IMG/VR virus record: IMGVR_UViG_2711768060_000013
Coordinates: 1 to 31,542 of that record
Source: a virus
Lineage: Duplodnaviria; Heunggongvirae; Uroviricota; Caudoviricetes
Strand: one strand, 5' to 3'
Length of the DNA stretch: 31,542 bases
A program made the position numbers and the translations under genes. The notes under the pieces are model-generated. The model was not told the origin of the DNA. It ran no database searches and saw only the letters and a program-made list of their open reading frames with translations. Positions 26,449 to 31,542 of this stretch are shown in pieces (position 1 is the stretch's first letter; the number at the start of each line of letters is the position of its first letter).

Positions 26449-26626
26449 TTCTTAATACCTCTTCACAATAAAAGATTTCACCGGGATAACGTTTTTGTAT
26501 GCGCTCCATCACCTGCATACATGCCTGCTCTGTGGGCCAGATTTTTTCCGTTACGGGTATGGCATCGCAGGCATCATTCCCGCAGGTGCTAACCAGCAGG
26601 ACAAAGCCAATTGACTTAATCACCAT
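26441..26626 (-). CDS. small Cys-containing protein with signal-peptide/lipobox-like N-terminus (MVIKSIGFVLLVSTC...)
   Basis: ORF track, 61 aa; hydrophobic N-terminus ending VSTC. Confidence 0.5.
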   Translation of the reverse strand: MVIKSIGFVLLVSTCGNDACDAIPVTEKIWPTEQACMQVMERIQKRYPGEIFYCEEVLRNE

Positions 26627-26852
26627 TCATCTCCATCTGTTCCAGGCGCTGTGCTTCGCGCATACACAGCTGCGCAATCATCATCTGGCGGGTAATGCCT
26701 GCACGAATAAACGAAGCTGCACGACGGAGATTTTTTGCATTCGCCTGTTGAATCAATGCAGGCACTGATGCCAGACATTCTGCGCTGTCTTTAATCAGCG
26801 TTGCAGCTGTTATTTCCGGTGCTTGTTGCTTATTCCTCGTCATCTTCGTCAT
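26616..26852 (-). CDS. hypothetical early protein (78 aa)
   Basis: ORF track, same strand, short overlaps with neighbours. Confidence 0.45.
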   Translation of the reverse strand: MTKMTRNKQQAPEITAATLIKDSAECLASVPALIQQANAKNLRRAASFIRAGITRQMMIAQLCMREAQRLEQMEMNGD

Positions 26853-27084
26853 CCTTTACATTCAGCGTTACAGGAAATTTTTCGAACATGAAAAGGGCAA
26901 GCCTTGCCCCAAGTCTCAGAAGGTTTGCTTCCTTTGAATGTGCAGGGATAACGCATTTCTCACCGTCATTGTCGAAGGTAATATCCGCATCTTTTTTATC
27001 GATAAAAAAACGACATTCCTCCACGCGTGCTTTATGCCATGCACATAAAGAGACAATGCATTCTTTCATTTCCTGATTCGTCAT
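26830..27084 (-). CDS. hypothetical acidic early protein (about 84 aa)
   Basis: ORF track frame; start moved to ATG at 27082-27084 (MTNQEMKEC...) with GGTGA upstream. Confidence 0.5.
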   Translation of the reverse strand: MTNQEMKECIVSLCAWHKARVEECRFFIDKKDADITFDNDGEKCVIPAHSKEANLLRLGARLALFMFEKFPVTLNVKDDEDDEE

Positions 27085-27178
27085 AAATATCACCATTTCA
27101 GATTTAGGCGCGAGCAATCCCCTGACGCATCGCGCCATAATTAAAAGAAAGTGAATTAATTAAATATTCGTAGTGGTA

Positions 27179-27703
27179 TTAAATACCGGCTTCCTGTTCA
27201 AACGGAATAATAGAAAAATCTTCAATGCCCGATTTAACTGTAATTCCGGCAACACCTGCGACCGCTTTCGGTTCCAGTAAAATCGCTTCCCTGTTGATTT
27301 CCTGTTTCGTGCGAATAAAACGTTGCAGGCCAAGACGCTCCAGCGTTTCCATCACCGCATCCACACCGCGAATACTTACCGATGGTGGGCGCTGACGCCA
27401 TGACACATCGCCGGTTACCAGGTTCGCCGTCTTCACCTTGCCGCCGTTCGTCAGTTCGTCGCGGTTCGCTTCACACCATCCCTGTACGCCTTTTGAAAGG
27501 GTTTCAATACTGGTTTTAAGGGGCGCAATCTGTGAGGCGTATTTCTCAGTAATTTCAGCGATAGCGTCATTCATTTCCGTTTCAAGTCGTGCCGCTTCGC
27601 GTTGCAGGTCACCAATCCGGCGAATATCACACACCACGGCATCGCGGGATTGAGGAACATAAGCTGCTGCGGCACTCTTGATTCGTTTTGCTGGTTTAGC
27701 CAT
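27179..27703 (-). CDS. gam: host-nuclease inhibitor protein Gam (Mu Gam family)
   Basis: ORF track, 174 aa, recognised Mu Gam sequence. Confidence 0.9.
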   Translation of the reverse strand: MAKPAKRIKSAAAAYVPQSRDAVVCDIRRIGDLQREAARLETEMNDAIAEITEKYASQIAPLKTSIETLSKGVQGWCEANRDELTNGGKVKTANLVTGDVSWRQRPPSVSIRGVDAVMETLERLGLQRFIRTKQEINREAILLEPKAVAGVAGITVKSGIEDFSIIPFEQEAGI

Positions 27704-27723
27704 ATAAATAAAGCTCCTGTTAA

Positions 27724-28014
27724 TTAATATTCGCTGTATACAATGCTGGATACAGCACGATTGCTTAATTCCATCTTTTGGGCAATAACATGAATAGCCA
27801 GCCCTTCTTTATAAAGTTCACGACACAAATATTTGTCGTGCTCACTGATTCGGTAAACACACAACGATATTCCGTGCCTTCTGGCATGTGCCCGGAGAGC
27901 GGTTGTGGCAACTTTCAGTTTTTTCGCCATTTCTTCGACGGTCATTTTTCCGACATTGGCTTCGATAAACTCCCGGTCTTCGCGTGACCATCTTTTGCGA
28001 GGGATTATCATCAT
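27724..28014 (-). CDS. small helix-turn-helix-like DNA-binding protein (96 aa)
   Basis: ORF track; basic segment TVEEMAKKLKVATTALRAHARRHGI resembles an HTH. Confidence 0.55.
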   Translation of the reverse strand: MMIIPRKRWSREDREFIEANVGKMTVEEMAKKLKVATTALRAHARRHGISLCVYRISEHDKYLCRELYKEGLAIHVIAQKMELSNRAVSSIVYSEY

Positions 28015-28025
28015 GCCTCCTGCAA

Positions 28026-28220
28026 TTAATGTTTAGCTGCATCCGGGTTATACCGGAATAACTCGCCTTCGGCTTCCAGCCCAAGTTCTCTGGCTGACTT
28101 CAACAACTCCTGGGTTGCTTTTTCAATAATTTCAGGAGCCATGCTCTTGATAATGCCTGCCATCACGTCATGCGGTCCTATTTGCGCCTCAGGTGACTGT
28201 TCTTCCAGTTGCACACTCAT
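28026..28220 (-). CDS. small acidic hypothetical protein (64 aa)
   Basis: ORF track; ATG at 28218-28220; AGGAGG upstream. Confidence 0.5.
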   Translation of the reverse strand: MSVQLEEQSPEAQIGPHDVMAGIIKSMAPEIIEKATQELLKSARELGLEAEGELFRYNPDAAKH

Positions 28221-28326
28221 CCCTACAAAGAAACCTCCTTTTTTTGAAACTCAACATCTTCCATGCGGTTAAATTCAAAGATTACTTTTGCCATTTTGTT
28301 ATTCCTCACAAATAAATAAGCCGTTA

Positions 28327-28554
28327 TTAACGCCAGATAATCTGGCAACCATTAAGGCGGGCCGTCCAGACTGAACGGGCAACCCCTGATTTATGCTCCA
28401 TAATCCTGACAGCGTTTCTGACCAGCTCCGGTGGTGGGCAGGTGATTTCAAGTACCGGGCGGGCTACGCCCAGCCAGGATTCGTTGACGTGGCTGCCGCG
28501 CTCCTGTAACCAGCTCTTTACTTCCGTTGCCATTTTGATATTCCGTGACATCAT
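28327..28554 (-). CDS. kil: Kil-like small protein (75 aa) in the Mu kil position directly after B
   Basis: ORF track frame; start moved to ATG at 28552-28554 ([12 protein letters not shown]...) with AAGGAGAG 7 nt upstream; position and size match Mu kil as I recall it. Confidence 0.6.
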   Translation of the reverse strand: MMSRNIKMATEVKSWLQERGSHVNESWLGVARPVLEITCPPPELVRNAVRIMEHKSGVARSVWTARLNGCQIIWR

Positions 28555-28567
28555 GATTTCGCTCTCC

Positions 28568-29506
28568 TTACGTGCGCAGCAGGGTTGAAATATCAACGTC
28601 CAGGTCTAATTCACGGAAAGCCTGACGCAGATAATCTTCATTAACACGTTCACCTTTACCGTGGGCGGTCATGGCAGCAAGGCGCAGCGAGTGGTTCAGG
28701 ATGCGAAGCGCACCTGGCTTTTGTGCAATCTGCTGTAATAATTCCCGCTCGTTTTCGCCGGTAATTTGCCAGGCATCCGCAATGGCTTTTACATCATCAA
28801 TTTTGGTTTTATTGATTGCCGTCCGTTTGGCAATACGGGAAAACAGGCGGGCAAATTCAACCGTTCTGTTACCACCGGTCATGTTTGAATAAACACGGTG
28901 ATTCCCCATCAGAACAAGGCCAATACGGGCGGACTCCTGTAACAGGCGGAGTTCTTCCAGAACCTCAGCGCCAAGATGATCAGCTTCGTCGATAATGACC
29001 AGCCCCTGCGTACCTTCAAGACGGCGTCTCAAAGCGCGGGAGAGTGGCCCCTTACGGCGTGGTGCGTCATTCATTCCCAGTTCATAAGCCAGTTCAGTCA
29101 GGCATTCCAGAACACTGGCACAGGATGGGGTAATGGTGATCATCCAGACATTGTTATTGGTGCGACGAAATTCGCGGGCCGCTTCAGTTTTTCCCACACC
29201 TGGATTACCGCAGATAACAGAAATACTTTCAGTCAGGCTGGCAAAACGCATACTCGTCCAGATTTGGCGTGCTGTTCTGGTTTCCACAAAACGTGGTGGT
29301 TCTGGCAGCTCTGCGGCACGGTGATAGTTCTCCAGCCAGCGTTCCAGCGTCTGCGCAACACGTTCATTGTCGCCGTTGTACTTGTTATTCACGAATGCGC
29401 TTAACGTTCCTGCGGCCACGCCAGACTCGCGTGCAATTTGTGCATAAGTCGCTTTTTCACTTTCTACAAGCGTGCGCAGTCCTGCGCGAATATCGGAAAT
29501 ATTCAT
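28568..29506 (-). CDS. B: transposition ATPase / target DNA activator B (MuB)
   Basis: ORF track, 312 aa, recognised as near-identical to MuB ([15 protein letters not shown]..., Walker motifs [17 protein letters not shown]). Confidence 0.95.
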   Translation of the reverse strand: MNISDIRAGLRTLVESEKATYAQIARESGVAAGTLSAFVNNKYNGDNERVAQTLERWLENYHRAAELPEPPRFVETRTARQIWTSMRFASLTESISVICGNPGVGKTEAAREFRRTNNNVWMITITPSCASVLECLTELAYELGMNDAPRRKGPLSRALRRRLEGTQGLVIIDEADHLGAEVLEELRLLQESARIGLVLMGNHRVYSNMTGGNRTVEFARLFSRIAKRTAINKTKIDDVKAIADAWQITGENERELLQQIAQKPGALRILNHSLRLAAMTAHGKGERVNEDYLRQAFRELDLDVDISTLLRT

Positions 29507-29544
29507 CTGAATAACCTCGTAATTAAATTTTGTTTAAACGTTAA

Positions 29545-31542
29545 TTAAATGGCTTTTTTACGTCTGTTCTGTTCCAGAATATCCAGCGAATGATTCAGAT
29601 ATTCATCACGATCAGTTTCATATTCATCATCGGGTTCCTGGTATTTCACCTGCACCGTGTTACCGGAAGGCCGGAAAATACCAACAACCCTTGATTCTGG
29701 CGCTGCTGGTTCGGCTATCTGCGGCAGCAGTTCAGCAACTTCCAGCGCGTCCATTTGCTTCTGCGCCTTAATGGCTGCTTTAGTTGCAGATTTCAGTTGT
29801 TTCTGGCGGCGGCGATATTCGCGGCCTGCCGCAGCATCATTAAATGCAACAGGTGCCAGACATTCCGCTTCACAGATAAACCGACCGTCCAGGGTGTAAC
29901 AATAAACCGTGCTGTGTAACTGCTGTGGATCAAACCTGACCACAACTTTTTTCACATTGGCATTCATTAACGCCATGTTGTAATAAACGTTTTTCGCGCC
30001 TTTAAGGGAGCCGCCAACTTTAAGCGTAAACTCGCCTTTGCGTGAAACGTTCACCGCCTCGGCAGGCAGTAACAGCATCCGTTTTTGTTCTTCGGTTGGC
30101 TTACGCACAATCGTTCTGGCGTATTCACGCTCGAAAACATCATCAAACGAGAGTTTGCCCCCGCACATTTCTGTTTCACGGCCTGTTCTGGCATTGAACA
30201 TCGCCACACCTTCGGCAAGGGTTTTCAGAAACAGCTCTGCATCAACAGCGCGGTCGCCATAGTTATCAGGTTTTGCCTGCGGATTTGGCCCCGTATATGC
30301 ACCAGCCAGTGCCGGATGCTTATCAACGTATTCCTCAAGCCCACCAACACCGAAAGCACGTTCAACAGGTTTTGCCTGGCCCCAGCCTTTACCGGCAACA
30401 ACGCTTGTCCAGTGCATTTTCGCGCCCATCAGTAAAAACAGCCCTTTTGGATCGTCCTCTTTTACCTTAAAGCGGTAGCGATTGGGCGCGCCTCCCGTCA
30501 GCCATTTATTCGCAGCACCACGGGTGTTATCAATGGTGATGTGAAAATCCTCCGGGATACCGTAGCGAGTCACAACATCCATGAACGAGAGGCGAATTGA
30601 ATCGATGTTCTCACTGACATCGCAGCGCCAGCCCAAAATTTTTCGGGTTTTCACATCCTGCCAGAACCATGTTTTCGGGCGGATCACATCACCGTTAAAC
30701 CAGCGTACAAAGACGTTATGCAGATAACCGTCGCCGTTGATCCACTGCATGGCGTCCAGGTGTTCCACAGTTCGCTGCTGTGCCGGTATCAGATGCATCA
30801 GAGCATGTTCACCTTCACGGCAGGCAACAACCATTGCCTCGTCCAGTTGCTGAATCCGGCGAAAGGCCGTGGCACGGGAGGGAATACTCCAGCCATGCTC
30901 GCGGGCTGCCAGTTCCAGACGCTCATAACATTTGCGAAAGGCGGGTTTTTCCGGTCGCAGATAATCTGCAATCAGAAACTGCCAGGCATCCTCGTCAAAT
31001 TCACTTTTGTGAATGTTGCGACGGGATGCACCACGTCCATCAACAAGCGCAGCCGCCCAGTCAGGCTTCGCAAACTTCTGTACCTGGTAATATTTGTCTC
31101 GCAAAGTGGATGCGCTGACCTGGTAATGTCCTGCAACGGTCGCAAATGCCGTTTTTGTTGAAATCCCCTGGTTCAGCATTTCGTCTGCGGCCTGAACCGC
31201 AGGCAACCATTTTTCAGCAAGTTTGCGCTGGGAATCGCTGGCTTTATCCCATTTGCTCCACAGTGCCTCGCGATCGTAATCGTGGGCTTCCAGCGTGGGG
31301 CGGGCGATTTCAAAATACCCCTGGCTTGTTTCTATTTGCTCAGATTTTAATAACAACTCAGCACGTGCTGCCGCTGGTAGAACTGATATATGAAATTCCA
31401 AAGCCTTTGAACCCGTACGCTTGCGACGTAGTTCTGGATGATTGGCTGCAAGCTTTTCAAGATTGCGGCGAATACTCACCTCATGTTTAGGAAAGCATGA
31501 CATTCCTACGCATTCTTGCGCTGTTACCCAATGGGTTAACAT
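29545..31542 (-). CDS. A: DDE transposase A (MuA), 665 codons; ATG at 31540-31542 is at the window edge so the true start may lie beyond the window
   Basis: ORF track; from about residue 77 onward the sequence is recognised as essentially MuA; the first ~75 residues differ from my recollection of Mu. Confidence 0.95.
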   Translation of the reverse strand: MLTHWVTAQECVGMSCFPKHEVSIRRNLEKLAANHPELRRKRTGSKALEFHISVLPAAARAELLLKSEQIETSQGYFEIARPTLEAHDYDREALWSKWDKASDSQRKLAEKWLPAVQAADEMLNQGISTKTAFATVAGHYQVSASTLRDKYYQVQKFAKPDWAAALVDGRGASRRNIHKSEFDEDAWQFLIADYLRPEKPAFRKCYERLELAAREHGWSIPSRATAFRRIQQLDEAMVVACREGEHALMHLIPAQQRTVEHLDAMQWINGDGYLHNVFVRWFNGDVIRPKTWFWQDVKTRKILGWRCDVSENIDSIRLSFMDVVTRYGIPEDFHITIDNTRGAANKWLTGGAPNRYRFKVKEDDPKGLFLLMGAKMHWTSVVAGKGWGQAKPVERAFGVGGLEEYVDKHPALAGAYTGPNPQAKPDNYGDRAVDAELFLKTLAEGVAMFNARTGRETEMCGGKLSFDDVFEREYARTIVRKPTEEQKRMLLLPAEAVNVSRKGEFTLKVGGSLKGAKNVYYNMALMNANVKKVVVRFDPQQLHSTVYCYTLDGRFICEAECLAPVAFNDAAAGREYRRRQKQLKSATKAAIKAQKQMDALEVAELLPQIAEPAAPESRVVGIFRPSGNTVQVKYQEPDDEYETDRDEYLNHSLDILEQNRRKKAI

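Noticed and set aside
27842-28084. 80-aa minus-strand ORF overlapping two early genes
   Set aside because: Arg-rich translation in an alternative frame that overlaps the HTH-protein gene and the next gene; no independent start context.
1-31542. tRNA, rRNA, integrase or attachment sites
   Set aside because: No tRNA-like or rRNA-like sequence was recognised on reading, and no tyrosine or serine recombinase ORF is present, consistent with a transposing Mu-type phage whose ends lie outside the window.

Overview
The window is almost entirely one Mu-type transposable prophage, with every supported gene on the minus strand (phage left-to-right runs from window end to window start). Order: transposase A (start codon at 31540-31542, the last bases of the window), B, an AT-richer accessory early block (kil-like, gam, small ORFs, gemA, mor), an intrinsic terminator, a lysis cassette with a GH108-type endolysin, terminase, portal, F, I, major head T, connector genes, sheath, tube, chaperone, tape measure, baseplate (gp43-gp48-like), then two tandem tail-fibre plus chaperone pairs; a further ORF runs off the window start. 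The repressor/ner left end and the gin/mom right end are outside the window. I saw no rRNA, tRNA, CRISPR array or integrase. All protein assignments come from reading the translations and recalling family motifs and Mu gene order, not from a database search. The most notable observations are: (1) two co-directional fibre-chaperone cassettes, the distal fibre a lambdoid Stf-like chimera with a 66-bp in-frame internal direct repeat; (2) an identical dyad-plus-A7 element upstream of both the lysis and head gene blocks, with only one Mor/C-family regulator and no gene between F and I; (3) a +1-frame overlapping ORF between the tail chaperone and tape measure; (4) a G8 tract joining the endolysin to a -1-frame ORF; (5) an AT-rich early-region island with an opposite-strand small ORF and a lipoprotein-like ORF. 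I did not identify a clearly novel multi-gene system; the accessory early block is the best place to look for one.
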